A DNA stretch of 64,000 nucleotides from Planctomycetota bacterium (GCA_965223845.1 CBDCXR010000004.1:1472001-1536000); one strand, 5' to 3'. Counted from the stretch's first letter, positions 50,941-61,063 are shown. Made by a program: numbers and translations. Notes: generated by a model from the sequence alone, not told the origin.

Positions 50941-53900
50941 TCAGCTCGACTGCCCGGCCGATCGGGGCTTCCGTTCGAAGTCCGTCGGCTTGAGTCCGAG
51001 ACGCTCGAACCGACGGTACACGCTCCGCGTCGTCTTGCGCAGATGGTTCGCGATGCGTTCCATGTCGCCGTCGAACCGATCGAGGAGATGCTCGAGGTAG
51101 CTCTCTTCGAGCTGGCGCGAAACTTCCTCGTAGTCGCGGCCCTCGAAAACCCCGGGAGAGAAGAGACGGGCATCCCCGGGTCGGTCGAGCGCCGCAGCGA
51201 CTTCGCGCTCCCGCGGCTCGCCGGCGCACTCGACGCTGAGCCGTCGAAGCACGCTGATGAGCTCGCGCACGTTTCCCGGCCAGCGGTGAGCCCGTAGAAC
51301 CGCGATCGCACCATCGGACCACGGAGGTGCGGATTCGCCCGCGAATCGCCGCCAGTAGTGGTCGACGAGCGCGGGGAGATCGTCGAGTCGCTGTCGCAGC
51401 GGAGGGACTTGGATTCGCCCCCCGCTCAGGCGGAAATAGAGGTCCCGGCGGAAGCGTCCCGAGCGCAGAAGCGCGTCGATGTCCCGGTGGGTCGACGCGA
51501 TGAACCGGACGTCGAGCTTGCGCGGGGCCGTGCTGCCGACCGGCCGGACGGCATCGCCCTCGAGGACGCGGAGAAGTCGCGTCTGAAGATCCTCGGCGAG
51601 GTCCCCGATTTCCTCGAGGTGAAACGTTCCGCCCCCCGCGCGAAAGAGAAAGCCGGTTCGAGATTCGTCCGCCCCGGTGAAGGCTCCGCGCTCGTAGCCG
51701 AAGAGATCGGCCTCGAAGAGGTGGGGCGGAATGGCGCTGCAGCTTTGCGTCACGTACGGAGATGCCGCCCGCGGACTCAAGAGATGAAGGAGCTTCGCGA
51801 GGCAGTCTTTCCCGGTGCCGGACTCGCCGGTGATGAGGACGGGAAGCTCGCTTTGAGCGAGGCTGGCGACGCTCCCGAGGAGTTTTCGCATCGCGCGGCT
51901 TCCGGCGACGAATCCCGTCTCCTCGGCGAGCGCGACCAAGCGGCGCGTGCGCGTCCGACGCCCGGACTCGAGCGCGGCCGTCTCGGCGTCGCGGATCGAC
52001 TTTCCGGCCTGGACCCACTCGGTGAGTGCCGGTGTCGGCGGGTCGACGCCGGGACGATCGACGCGGGCGGAGCTCAGATGCGGCGCGAGCAGCCGCGCCA
52101 CGAGAGCGAGGAACTGATCGTCGGCGCGCGCGAATTCGCCGCGAGATCGTACGGCGAGAACCGCTCCCGTCACCTCGTCGCGAAATCTCGCCAGAGCGGC
52201 TGCGATCGAGGACGCGTGCGGCGATGGTCTCGACTTAGACTTCCAAACGACAGAGCTGCCTGCATCCGAGTGCAGGACGACGCGATCGGCGCCGAGCACC
52301 GCTCCGACGCCCTCGGCGACCTCGCCGAACGCCCGCCGCTGCTCCGCCGGGTCGTCCGCCGCGGGAAGGAGGCGCGCGATCTCGGCGATCGCGCGATCGT
52401 GAGCGACCGGGGCGGACCTCGAGCGGCCCGCTTTCGAGTGCCTTTCCCGTCGAAACGCCCCGAGTTGGAACCGCGACCACGGGTCCCGATTCGCGAGCGA
52501 ACTCCGATCGCGAGGAGCTAGGCGGGCGGCGGCCGCCCGCGCCGCATCGCCGAGTCGTCGCTCGGCGTTTGGATCAAGGCGTGCTCCTGCGTCGAGTCGA
52601 CTTCTCGCCGCGCGGAGGCAAGCGCACTGGAGTTCGAGGTCCGGCGAAGCGGAAAGCTGCGGATCGCCGATCGCCCGCGAGAGCGCGTTGTCGATGCTCG
52701 CGATGAGTGCGCTCGCTGAATCGCCGCCCTTGGCGTCGAGTGGGAGGCTCACGAGACGAGCGAAGGCGCAGCGAGCGTCGAGGAGAGCGAGTCGTACGCC
52801 GCGTTGACGCGGAGTCCGGTCGCGGTGCGACTCGAGCTCGATCGCGCGCGCTTCGTCGATGATCGAGCTGACGGCCTCGGGAGCCGCGCCGCGCCGAAGC
52901 TCGAGGTCGGCTTGGGCGAGGAGCGCCTCGAATCGGGTGACGTTCAGCCCCCACGCGCGGCAGCGATCGATCGCAGATTGGACGCGTCGCGCGGCATTCG
53001 CGAATCGTCCTCGTTCCATCGCCGCGATGCCGCAGTAGAGATCGTTCCACGCGGCAAATTGGGGCGCGGCCTCGAGCGCGTCGCGCGCGACGCGCGCTCG
53101 AGATGGCTCCATTCCCGAAAGCGCGCAGGCAAGATCGAGCCGAGCCCGCCGCATCGCCTCGACCGCACGAGCCGCGGTCGGTGCGGCGAGCGGCGGCGCG
53201 AGAACCTCTCGCGCGTCGGAGTAGCGACCGCCCGCGATCAGATCGTCGCTGTGATGGAGGCGCGCGAACGCAGCGAGAAACGCATCGCCGAGCTCTTCCG
53301 CCTCGCGGCGGACGGATTCCCAGTCCACGCTCGCGCCGTCCCCGGCGAGGCTCGCGATGAGCGCGCCGGTGTAGCGACACGAGAGGCCGAGCCGGCGCGA
53401 CTGCTGAACGGCGGGACTCGCGAGGAGCTCGTCGAAGATCTCGGCGGCGCGATGGAAGTGCCCCTGTTTGGCGAGAATCTGCGCCGTGTTCGCACGGATG
53501 CTGCTTCGACCGAGGATGTCGGCCCGCACGCGGGCGAGCTCGTCCGCCCGCGCGAGGACGGCGAGCGCGTTCTCGAGATCTCCGGCGAGATGGAGCGCTA
53601 GGGCGAAGTTGTTGAGGAGGACGCCGAGATCGATCGATGCTTCACTCGATTCGGCGACGGCGAGACCCGCGCGAAGACGTTCGATCGCTTCGTCGGCGCG
53701 GAGCTGGCGGATGAAGATCTGGCCGGCGACGGAGTAGAGGTCGACCGCGCTCTGCTCGCAGCCGGCGAGTCGGGGGCGAAGCCGTTGCCACGCGCCGATC
53801 CCGGTCTCGGCGTGACGGAGCGCGACCTCGGGACGGCCGGCGAAATGGTGAAGGAGCGCGAGCTCCGCGTGCGCCCGGAGAACCTCCGCCGGCGCGACGT

Positions 53901-56139
53901 CCTGCCCTTCGCGAACGCAGCGTTCGAGGACCTTCCTCGCCTCGTCGACGCGTCCTGCGCGCTGCGACGTCGAGGCGAGTCGACGGAGATCGGTCACGAG
54001 AGCGGCCGGATCGGCTCGCGTCTCCGTCCGGCGCGCTTGCTCGCGGCGCGCGTCGGCCGCCTCTTCGTATCGACCTCGCGCTTCGAAGAGATCGGCGAGC
54101 CGTCCGAAGCACTGCTCGCGGGCGGAGTGGGACCCGGCGTCCGCCGCCCAGCGGAGAAGCTCGACGGCGCGGGGGACGATCCATGCAGCGAGCGGAGTCG
54201 GACGCGCGATCCAGGACGAGACCGCCGACGCGGCCGCGCGTCCGTCGCCGGCTTCGCGTCGGTGCCACGCGAGCTCGAGGAGAACGTCCTCGCGTCGAGC
54301 CTCGAGATTCGCCGCGACGCGGGTGTGCGTCGCCCGTCGATCGACTTCCTTAGCGTGGGCGAGCGCGGCGTCGCGAAGCGAAGCATGGACGAGGCGAAGC
54401 TCCCCCTCCTGAACGACCACCAGTCCGCGTCGCTCGAGCTCGTTCACGCCGGAGACGCAGTTCCCCCGCGCGTTGTCGTAGCTCGAAAACTCGTCGGGGG
54501 AAACCACGCGATCGAGGACGGCGAGCGTCAGCGCCGCGACGCGAGCGTCGGTGCCCAGTCGACTCCATTCGCCGGCAAGGTCGATCGCGACCTCTCCGGC
54601 CGGAGTCTCGCCGCCGCGAGCGCGGGTGAGGGCGTGAACGCAGAGCAGGGGGTGGCCGCCCGTCTCGCGATGGATGCGGTGGCGGAGAGAAGCCGGAACG
54701 TCCGCGCGGCGAGACCGGCCGTCCGGGGCGACGACGTCGATCGCTTCACACTCCGCGCGAGAGAAGGGTCCGAGCGCGCAGCGTTCGGCGTGGGTATCGA
54801 GGAGGGAGCGAAGCTCGGACGACTCGATGCGAGCCTCGTCGAACGAGACGACGATTCCTCCTATCGCGTTCGCGCTCAGCCGCAGGGCTGCGGCGAGCTC
54901 GAGGAGATAGCGCACGGCTTCGCCGTCGGCGAGGTGGAGATCATCGATCATGAACAAGAGCGGGCGGCGGAGGAGGCGTAGCACCGCACCGACCTTCTCG
55001 CCGTGGCCGGGCGACGTTGTCGAAGCCGAGTTCGCGTCGCCGTCCAGGCAGCGAGCGCAGCGAACGAGCCGGTCGACCAAGGACCCCGTGGGGTCGTCGC
55101 CGCATCGGATGGTGAGCGCTTCGGCGCCGTCCAGTTGGGCCGCGATCGAAACCTCGTCGAGGAATCGCGTCTTCCCGAATCCCGCCGGCGCCACGACGGC
55201 GAGAAGAGGCGGTGTCTGGGGGCGGCCGCGACGCCACTGCGCGGCGGCGCGAAGAGCGGTCGTGCGACCGACGAACGCCGGGTCGGAGAACACCGGCGCA
55301 CGCCGCGGCCGCGGCGACGCGCGACGAGCGCGTACCCACGCCGCGAGAAACTCGCCCGCGTCCGCGTACCGCTCCGCAGGCGGCCGGAGGAGGGCTCGCG
55401 AGATGACGCTCCACGTGTCGCCGGGAAGATCGAGGGGCGCGATGGGGCGATCTTCCCGGTGCGCCCGAGTGACCTCGGCGACGCTGCGCGCGGTCACGGG
55501 CGGGCGCCCCCCGAGGACCGAGTAGAAGGTCGCCGCGAGCGAGTAGACGTCCGACGCTGCGGTGGGCGGCTCTCCACGAAAGATTTCGGGCGCCGCGAAC
55601 GGCAGCGTTCCGCGACCCATCGGAGTCGCGTCGCCCGAGCGGGCGCGGACGAGTCCGAAATCGATCAGGACCGGCCACGGATCGCCGACTCGACCCGGTA
55701 CGAGGATGTTCGGGGGCTTGATGTCGAGATGGAGCAACCCGCGCCGGTGGAGGAACGCGACGGAAAGGATGACCCGTTCGAGGATCTCCTCTGCCTCTTC
55801 GGACGTCGTTGTCGACGCGTTGCGTGCGAGCCGGTCGGCGAGCGATTCGCCCTCGACCCGCTCCATCGTGAAAAACGGGTGCGCGCCGTGGCCGGAGGAG
55901 TCTCGATCGGAGACGCCGAAATCGAGTGCCCGCGCGATCCCGGGATGCCGCAGGCGACGAAGAGCGGCGAACTCCGCCCGAAGTCTCTCCGCATCGTCCA
56001 TCGACCGGTAGATTTTGAGCGCGACCGGGCGACTCGGGGCGAGCACATCGTCGGCGAGATAGACCCTTCCCATTCCTCCCTCGCCCAGAAGCTCGCGGAG
56101 CACGTAGCGCGGGTGACGGAAGGGTTCGGGGGAGCTCAT
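50941..56139 (-). CDS. Ser/Thr protein kinase - P-loop ATPase - TPR - sigma54-dependent activator (bEBP) fusion
   Basis: Hanks kinase GEGGMGRVY, VALK, HLDIKPPN, DFG, APE. P-loop APAGFGKT and IDDLH. TPRs. bEBP motifs GESGTGKD, GAFTGA, FRRDLYFRL, WPGNVREL. C-terminal Fis-like HTH. Confidence 0.9.
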   Translation of the reverse strand: MSSPEPFRHPRYVLRELLGEGGMGRVYLADDVLAPSRPVALKIYRSMDDAERLRAEFAALRRLRHPGIARALDFGVSDRDSSGHGAHPFFTMERVEGESLADRLARNASTTTSEEAEEILERVILSVAFLHRRGLLHLDIKPPNILVPGRVGDPWPVLIDFGLVRARSGDATPMGRGTLPFAAPEIFRGEPPTAASDVYSLAATFYSVLGGRPPVTARSVAEVTRAHREDRPIAPLDLPGDTWSVISRALLRPPAERYADAGEFLAAWVRARRASPRPRRAPVFSDPAFVGRTTALRAAAQWRRGRPQTPPLLAVVAPAGFGKTRFLDEVSIAAQLDGAEALTIRCGDDPTGSLVDRLVRCARCLDGDANSASTTSPGHGEKVGAVLRLLRRPLLFMIDDLHLADGEAVRYLLELAAALRLSANAIGGIVVSFDEARIESSELRSLLDTHAERCALGPFSRAECEAIDVVAPDGRSRRADVPASLRHRIHRETGGHPLLCVHALTRARGGETPAGEVAIDLAGEWSRLGTDARVAALTLAVLDRVVSPDEFSSYDNARGNCVSGVNELERRGLVVVQEGELRLVHASLRDAALAHAKEVDRRATHTRVAANLEARREDVLLELAWHRREAGDGRAAASAVSSWIARPTPLAAWIVPRAVELLRWAADAGSHSAREQCFGRLADLFEARGRYEEAADARREQARRTETRADPAALVTDLRRLASTSQRAGRVDEARKVLERCVREGQDVAPAEVLRAHAELALLHHFAGRPEVALRHAETGIGAWQRLRPRLAGCEQSAVDLYSVAGQIFIRQLRADEAIERLRAGLAVAESSEASIDLGVLLNNFALALHLAGDLENALAVLARADELARVRADILGRSSIRANTAQILAKQGHFHRAAEIFDELLASPAVQQSRRLGLSCRYTGALIASLAGDGASVDWESVRREAEELGDAFLAAFARLHHSDDLIAGGRYSDAREVLAPPLAAPTAARAVEAMRRARLDLACALSGMEPSRARVARDALEAAPQFAAWNDLYCGIAAMERGRFANAARRVQSAIDRCRAWGLNVTRFEALLAQADLELRRGAAPEAVSSIIDEARAIELESHRDRTPRQRGVRLALLDARCAFARLVSLPLDAKGGDSASALIASIDNALSRAIGDPQLSASPDLELQCACLRAARSRLDAGARLDPNAERRLGDAARAAAARLAPRDRSSLANRDPWSRFQLGAFRRERHSKAGRSRSAPVAHDRAIAEIARLLPAADDPAEQRRAFGEVAEGVGAVLGADRVVLHSDAGSSVVWKSKSRPSPHASSIAAALARFRDEVTGAVLAVRSRGEFARADDQFLALVARLLAPHLSSARVDRPGVDPPTPALTEWVQAGKSIRDAETAALESGRRTRTRRLVALAEETGFVAGSRAMRKLLGSVASLAQSELPVLITGESGTGKDCLAKLLHLLSPRAASPYVTQSCSAIPPHLFEADLFGYERGAFTGADESRTGFLFRAGGGTFHLEEIGDLAEDLQTRLLRVLEGDAVRPVGSTAPRKLDVRFIASTHRDIDALLRSGRFRRDLYFRLSGGRIQVPPLRQRLDDLPALVDHYWRRFAGESAPPWSDGAIAVLRAHRWPGNVRELISVLRRLSVECAGEPREREVAAALDRPGDARLFSPGVFEGRDYEEVSRQLEESYLEHLLDRFDGDMERIANHLRKTTRSVYRRFERLGLKPTDFERKPRSAGQSS

Positions 56140-56145
56140 GGCTCC

Positions 56146-56178
56146 ATTCTACGGCTCAGATTGACGGAAAACGTCAAT
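56146..56178 (-). promoter_or_regulatory. Putative -10 (TAGAAT) and palindromic operator ATTGACG-N5-CGTCAAT upstream of the kinase-bEBP gene
   Basis: TAGAAT on the minus strand at 56146-56151, 6 nt from the ATG. Perfect 7-bp inverted repeat at 56160-56178. Confidence 0.45.
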
Positions 56179-56250
56179 TCTGGGTGCAGTTGGCCGGCTG
56201 GTGCGCGCCGTCGCCCGGCTTTGGCGGGTAGCGGCCCGCGGCTCTTGGCG

Positions 56251-57465
56251 TCAAACGAGCATCCCCGCCACCGCCGCGGTGAGGAACGAAGCGAGGGCGC
56301 CGCCGAGCATCGCGCGAAACGCGAGCTCGGAGAGCTCCTGGCTGCGTTCCGGCATCAGTTGGCGGAGCCCGCCGAGCGTCACGCCGATCGAACCGAAGTT
56401 GGCGAAACCGCAGAGCGCAAAGGACGCGAGATGCGCCGTCCGGGGCGCGATGTCACCGGTCGCTAACATGCCTTGAAGCGACTGGAACGCGATCCATTCG
56501 TTTGCGCAGATCTTCAGGCCGAGCAGCGTGCCGAGCCGCGCGGATTCGTCTCCCCACTCTGCGCCGAGGATCCAAGCGAGGGGACGTAGAACCGCTCCGA
56601 AGAGCGACTCGAGCGACGTGCCCGCGCTTTGGAGCGGCCAGTTGACGAGCGCGATGAGCGCGTTGAAGACGAGCAGCATCGCAGCCACGTTGAGTGCGAG
56701 GAAGAGACCCTCCTTGACGCCGCGCGCGATCGCATCGAGCAGATTGTGGCCGCGCGCCTCGAACTCGATCTTCGGGCGATCGAGTGTCTCCGGCGTTCCG
56801 GTTTCGGGGACGAGGATCTTGGCGATGAGGATCGCAGCGGGTGCCGACATGACCGATGCCGCGACGAGGTTCGGGCCGTAGTCTTCACCGACGAAGCTCA
56901 GGTAGACACCGAGGACGGTGCCCGCCACTGTCGCGAACCCGCCGCACATGAGCGTCATCAACTCGGAGCGAGTCATCCGCGTCAGGTAGGGCCGAACGAC
57001 GAGCGGCGCCTCCGTCATGCCGACGAAGATATTCGCGGCGACGGCCATCGACTCGGCCCCGCTCACGCGGAACGTCCGCCCGAGGACGCGCGCGATGGCC
57101 GCGATGATGATCTGCATGACGCCGGCGTGATAGAGGATCGCCATCAATCCGGCGAAGTAGATCAGGATCGGAAGGGCCTGAAACGCGAGGTAGTTCGCGC
57201 CGCCCGGCGGCTCCTTGGACCCGATCGGGCCGAATACGAGGCTAGATCCTGCGTAGCTGAATTCGAGGATCCGCGTAAACACGCCGGTGATGCCCTCGAT
57301 GGCTCGCGCGCCGATCTCCGTCTTGAAGAAAGCGAGGCCGAGGAGGACTTGCACCCCGATTCCCCACGCGACGAGGCGGTAGGGGATGCGTCGGCGTGCG
57401 GTCGAAAGCGCGGCGGCGAGGCCGAGAACAACCGCGATGCCCAGGATCCCGCGTAGTACGTCCAT
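56251..57465 (-). CDS. NupC/CNT family nucleoside transporter
   Basis: SGAESMAVAANIFVGMTEAP, GGFATVAG, ASVMSAP, NEWIAF, FALCGFANFGSIG. Confidence 0.93.
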   Translation of the reverse strand: MDVLRGILGIAVVLGLAAALSTARRRIPYRLVAWGIGVQVLLGLAFFKTEIGARAIEGITGVFTRILEFSYAGSSLVFGPIGSKEPPGGANYLAFQALPILIYFAGLMAILYHAGVMQIIIAAIARVLGRTFRVSGAESMAVAANIFVGMTEAPLVVRPYLTRMTRSELMTLMCGGFATVAGTVLGVYLSFVGEDYGPNLVAASVMSAPAAILIAKILVPETGTPETLDRPKIEFEARGHNLLDAIARGVKEGLFLALNVAAMLLVFNALIALVNWPLQSAGTSLESLFGAVLRPLAWILGAEWGDESARLGTLLGLKICANEWIAFQSLQGMLATGDIAPRTAHLASFALCGFANFGSIGVTLGGLRQLMPERSQELSELAFRAMLGGALASFLTAAVAGMLV

Positions 57466-57684
57466 CGACTTCCTCCCGCTGATCGCCGTCTTCGGATTTG
57501 CGCGTGGACGCGTCCGTACCTCTCGGTCCGACTGGGTGAGCGGATTACACGCGATGCTCCGCCGGCTTGCAACGCGCTCGATGAGGTGAGCGATCGGACG
57601 CGAGGCGTTATCGGCCGCGTGTTCACGTCCCGAGTCAAGGACGTCGATGGAGACGAAGTCGAGAGCGCAGTTTGAGGTCCCGAG

Positions 57685-59625
57685 TTGATGTCCTTCGCCG
57701 GTTTCTTCCGGATCCTAGTTCGACGAGTGATGGACGGCCGAGCCTCGGCGTCCGATCGCGCCGGCTCGTCTTCGGCGATTCGATCGCCCGTCGTTCGCGC
57801 CGGCGTCATCGCTCCGGCGTGTCTCGTCGGGCTCGGGTTCATCGCCTTCGCTCCGGCGCTGAGCGCCGGCTTTACGTTCTGGGACGACAACATCTACGTT
57901 ACGCAGAACCCCCTTGTCTGGGAGCTGACTCCGCAGTCGATCTGGCGTGTCGCCACGACGTTCTCGAACTGCAACTACCACCCGCTCACGTATCTCTCGT
58001 ACATGATCGAGTACGCCCTCTTCGGTGCGGCGCCGTGGGTGTATCACCTGACGAACGTTTTGCTCCACATCGCGTCCTCGATTCTCGTTTATTTCCTCGT
58101 GGTGCGCTGGATTCGATTCCCGGCGGCGGCGCTCGGCGGCGCGATTCTCTTCTCGCTCCACCCTCTGCGCGCCGAGTCCGTGGCGTGGGTCGCGGAGCGG
58201 AAGGACTGTCTCTCGACGTTCTTTTTCTTGGTGTCCGTGCTCGCTTACGTTCGTTATCGCGACACGCAGAGCGCGCGCTGGTACTGGTGGTCGCTCGGGG
58301 GCTTCGTGCTCGCTCTCCTGGCGAAGGTCATGGCGATTACACTTCCCGCGGTGCTCGTCCTCGTCCTTCTCGCGCGGCGCGAATGCCGCTGGTCGACACT
58401 GCGACCGATCCTCCCGTTCGGAGTGCTGTCCATCGTGTTCGCGGTGATGGGAGTCCTCGCGCAGTCACAGGATGGCGCGGTGAAGGGACTCCACGGCGGA
58501 TCGTGGGGGCACCACCTGCTGTCGGTGCCCGTCGCGGTGAGCTTCTACGCAGAGAAGTGGCTCTGGCCGGAGCTTCTCTCCCCGCGCTACGTTCTCGAGC
58601 CGGTGACTCATCTCGGCGACCCGCGAGTTCTCGTCGGCCTCGCGCTCGCGGCGGGAGCCGCGATCCTCGCGGGCTTGAGCTGGCGGCGACGACGAATCGT
58701 GTTTCTCGGGGTCGGCTTCGCGGCACTCACCTGGGCGCCCGTGAGCGGAATCGTGCCGACGAGCACACTCGTCGCCGATCGCTACACGTATCTCCCGTCC
58801 GTCGGTCTGTCGGTTCTCGCCGCGCTCGTAATCGCGGCGGTGGCGATCCTGCCTCGTCGCGCCGAGACGCGCCCGGCGCTCGGGTCGGGAATCGCGGTCG
58901 CGCTCGCTCTCCTCCTCGTGCCGGCGACGTACGCGCAATCGGCGCGCTGGCACGACGGGATGACACTCTGGACGTCGGCGCTCCGCGAGAACGAGCTCAA
59001 TCCCTTCGCGCACAATCAGCTCTCCGTCGAGCTCCTCTTTCGCGAACGCTACGAAGAGGCCGCGACCGCGGCGGAGCGCGCGGCCGAGCTGGGTCTCCGT
59101 GGCCCCGAATACGACCTCAATCTCGCCCTCGCCTACCGCGGCCTCGGCGACCATGAGCGCGAGCTCGAGGTCGCGCGCGCGCTCGAGCGCGAATACCCCG
59201 ACTCCTTTGTCGGCTCGCTCATCTCTTCGCGCATCGCCGCAGAGAGCGGACGGCACTCCACCGCGCGCTCCATCCTCGACGCCGTCGCCGTGCGCTTTCC
59301 GAACGAGGGAAGAATCCTCGAAGCCCGAGGCAACCTCCTCGCTCTCGCGGGCCGGTACGAGGAAGCCTGGACGACGTATCTCGATTACATGAACTCGGGG
59401 GGGCGGCGACGGGCGGCTCTTCTCGGAGCCGCGGTCGTCCTCGCGCGCGCGGACGAGCCCGAGCTTGCGCTCGACGTCGCGGAGATGGCGCTCGGAATCC
59501 CTGGAGAGTACTTCTGGCTCGAGAGCCAGGAGCGGCTCGACGAGCTAAAGCAACTCTACACGGCTGAAGCCCTTTGCTCGTGGTCGGCCCGCGCCGAGAC
59601 GCTGAGCCTACCCGAGACGCGCTGA
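57685..59625 (+). CDS. TMTC-like GT-C glycosyltransferase with C-terminal TPRs
   Basis: WDD acidic loop, YHPLTYLS, YHLTNVLLH, HPLRAESVAWVAERKD, ADRYTYLP, multiple TMs followed by TPRs. Start uncertain. Confidence 0.82.
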   Translation: MMSFAGFFRILVRRVMDGRASASDRAGSSSAIRSPVVRAGVIAPACLVGLGFIAFAPALSAGFTFWDDNIYVTQNPLVWELTPQSIWRVATTFSNCNYHPLTYLSYMIEYALFGAAPWVYHLTNVLLHIASSILVYFLVVRWIRFPAAALGGAILFSLHPLRAESVAWVAERKDCLSTFFFLVSVLAYVRYRDTQSARWYWWSLGGFVLALLAKVMAITLPAVLVLVLLARRECRWSTLRPILPFGVLSIVFAVMGVLAQSQDGAVKGLHGGSWGHHLLSVPVAVSFYAEKWLWPELLSPRYVLEPVTHLGDPRVLVGLALAAGAAILAGLSWRRRRIVFLGVGFAALTWAPVSGIVPTSTLVADRYTYLPSVGLSVLAALVIAAVAILPRRAETRPALGSGIAVALALLLVPATYAQSARWHDGMTLWTSALRENELNPFAHNQLSVELLFRERYEEAATAAERAAELGLRGPEYDLNLALAYRGLGDHERELEVARALEREYPDSFVGSLISSRIAAESGRHSTARSILDAVAVRFPNEGRILEARGNLLALAGRYEEAWTTYLDYMNSGGRRRAALLGAAVVLARADEPELALDVAEMALGIPGEYFWLESQERLDELKQLYTAEALCSWSARAETLSLPETR

Positions 59626-59629
59626 CGGC

Positions 59630-60346
59630 TCACTCGTCGCGATGGAGCTCGAGCGGCACGCGGGTGACCGCAATATCGCCGCCGAAGCAAACGTCGACAT
59701 CGCGCTCGGGAGTCCGCTTCCGTTCGTGGTAGCTCCCGCTGTAGCGCGCGGTCGCGCGGTCTCCCTCCCACACAGTTTCGTACGCGATTTCCAGTGGATT
59801 GAAGTCGAGCCGACAATCGCGCAGGGACGGCGAGTCGTTCGGCGCCGCGAGGTGGGGGAGGTTGACGTTCCAAAAATGCCCGTCTTCGTGGTCGCGCGAG
59901 AGGAGTTCGCGAAGCGCGGTGGCCGCGTGGCGCTCGGAGGCGCTCCAATCGACCGGAAAGGTTCGGGCGAGAAACTGCGAGATCGCCACCGCGGGTCGTC
60001 CGAGCAGCGCCGCCTCCCGCGCCGCTGCGACCGTGCCGGAGACGTACACGTCGGCGCCGAGATTGCCTCCGGCGTTGATGCCCGAGATCACCCAGTCGGC
60101 GTCGGGGCAGAGCTCCGACACGGCGAGTCGCGCACAGTCGACCGGCGTGCCGCCGACCGCGTACCAGCCCTCCACGTGGAGGGCGATTTCGATCGCGTCG
60201 GAGGTCGTCGTCGCATGCCCGACCCCCGATTGCGGGGTTGCGGGCGCCACGACGGTGCACTCACCTAGTTCGCGGCACACGCGAAAGAGGGCGGCGAGGC
60301 CGGGCGCGGCGATACCATCGTCGTTCGTGAGGACGATCCGAAGCAC
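59630..60346 (-). CDS. surE: 5'/3'-nucleotidase SurE
   Basis: LTNDDGIAAPG, VAP…QSGVG, GTPVDC, SGINAGGNLG, SGTVAAAREA, NVNLP. Confidence 0.95.
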   Translation of the reverse strand: MLRIVLTNDDGIAAPGLAALFRVCRELGECTVVAPATPQSGVGHATTTSDAIEIALHVEGWYAVGGTPVDCARLAVSELCPDADWVISGINAGGNLGADVYVSGTVAAAREAALLGRPAVAISQFLARTFPVDWSASERHAATALRELLSRDHEDGHFWNVNLPHLAAPNDSPSLRDCRLDFNPLEIAYETVWEGDRATARYSGSYHERKRTPERDVDVCFGGDIAVTRVPLELHRDE

Positions 60347-60478
60347 GTCTCTACGGAAACCGAAATCTTCGCCGTTGTCGACCGGACCGCCGCGGTCTGC
60401 GAACCGGGTTCTTCGGGAAGGGACCCGCCGCCCCGTCGCGTCGCCGCGATTCTACCTCGACTCGGACCCGAATGGAGC

Positions 60479-60673
60479 TCAGGCGAGCTCTGCGACCACT
60501 TCGTTGGGCATCAACTCGGGCCGCTCGCGGAGGGACTCGAGTCCCCGGATGAGGGCGGCGAGATCACTTCGAGGAAGGACGGCGGAGGCGTACTGAAGAA
60601 TGTCTTCCACGCTCACGCCGTGCTCTTCCATCGCGAGGACGGTGTCGCAGTTGCATTCGAACTGTGGCTGCAT
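60479..60673 (-). CDS. Small hypothetical protein (64 aa)
   Basis: ATG preceded by GAGAGGA RBS. MQPQFECNCDTVLAMEEHGVSVEDILQYASAVLPRSDLAALIRGLESLRERPELMPNEVVAELA has protein-like composition. Confidence 0.55.
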   Translation of the reverse strand: MQPQFECNCDTVLAMEEHGVSVEDILQYASAVLPRSDLAALIRGLESLRERPELMPNEVVAELA

Positions 60674-60975
60674 CGGATGGTTCCTCTCGATAGCCCTCTC
60701 TGCTTGAAGTATCGGAATTCGCCGGGGGAGTCTTTCGGTCGGCGCGCGCGCGGACCGCGGATCGACCGAAAAGGTCGCACCGAGCGTCTCGACGGGTGGT
60801 CGTGCCGCCGTCGCCATCTCTCGAGAGGAAGCGCTCGCGAGTTCGTGAGCCGAGTTTTCTCGGCGCAGGACGCCCCGATCGAACCGCACGACCCGATTTG
60901 AGGAGGGAGCGCGGCCGGCTTGGGCTGGGGGGTTGATTCCGCGAACCTCGTCCGTCATCTTTGTGGCTCCCTCGT

Positions 60976-61063
60976 GCCCAGGTGGCGGAATTGGCAGACG
61001 CGCATGGTTGAGGGCCATGTGGACTTTTTGTCCATGCGGGTTCGACTCCCGCCCTGGGCACCA
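60976..61063 (+). tRNA. tRNA-Leu (anticodon GAG)
   Basis: Acceptor GCCCAGG/CCTGGGC plus ACCA. Anticodon arm CATGG-TTGAGGG-CCATG. Long variable arm GGAC-TTTTT-GTCC. T-loop GGTTCGACTCC. Confidence 0.97.
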
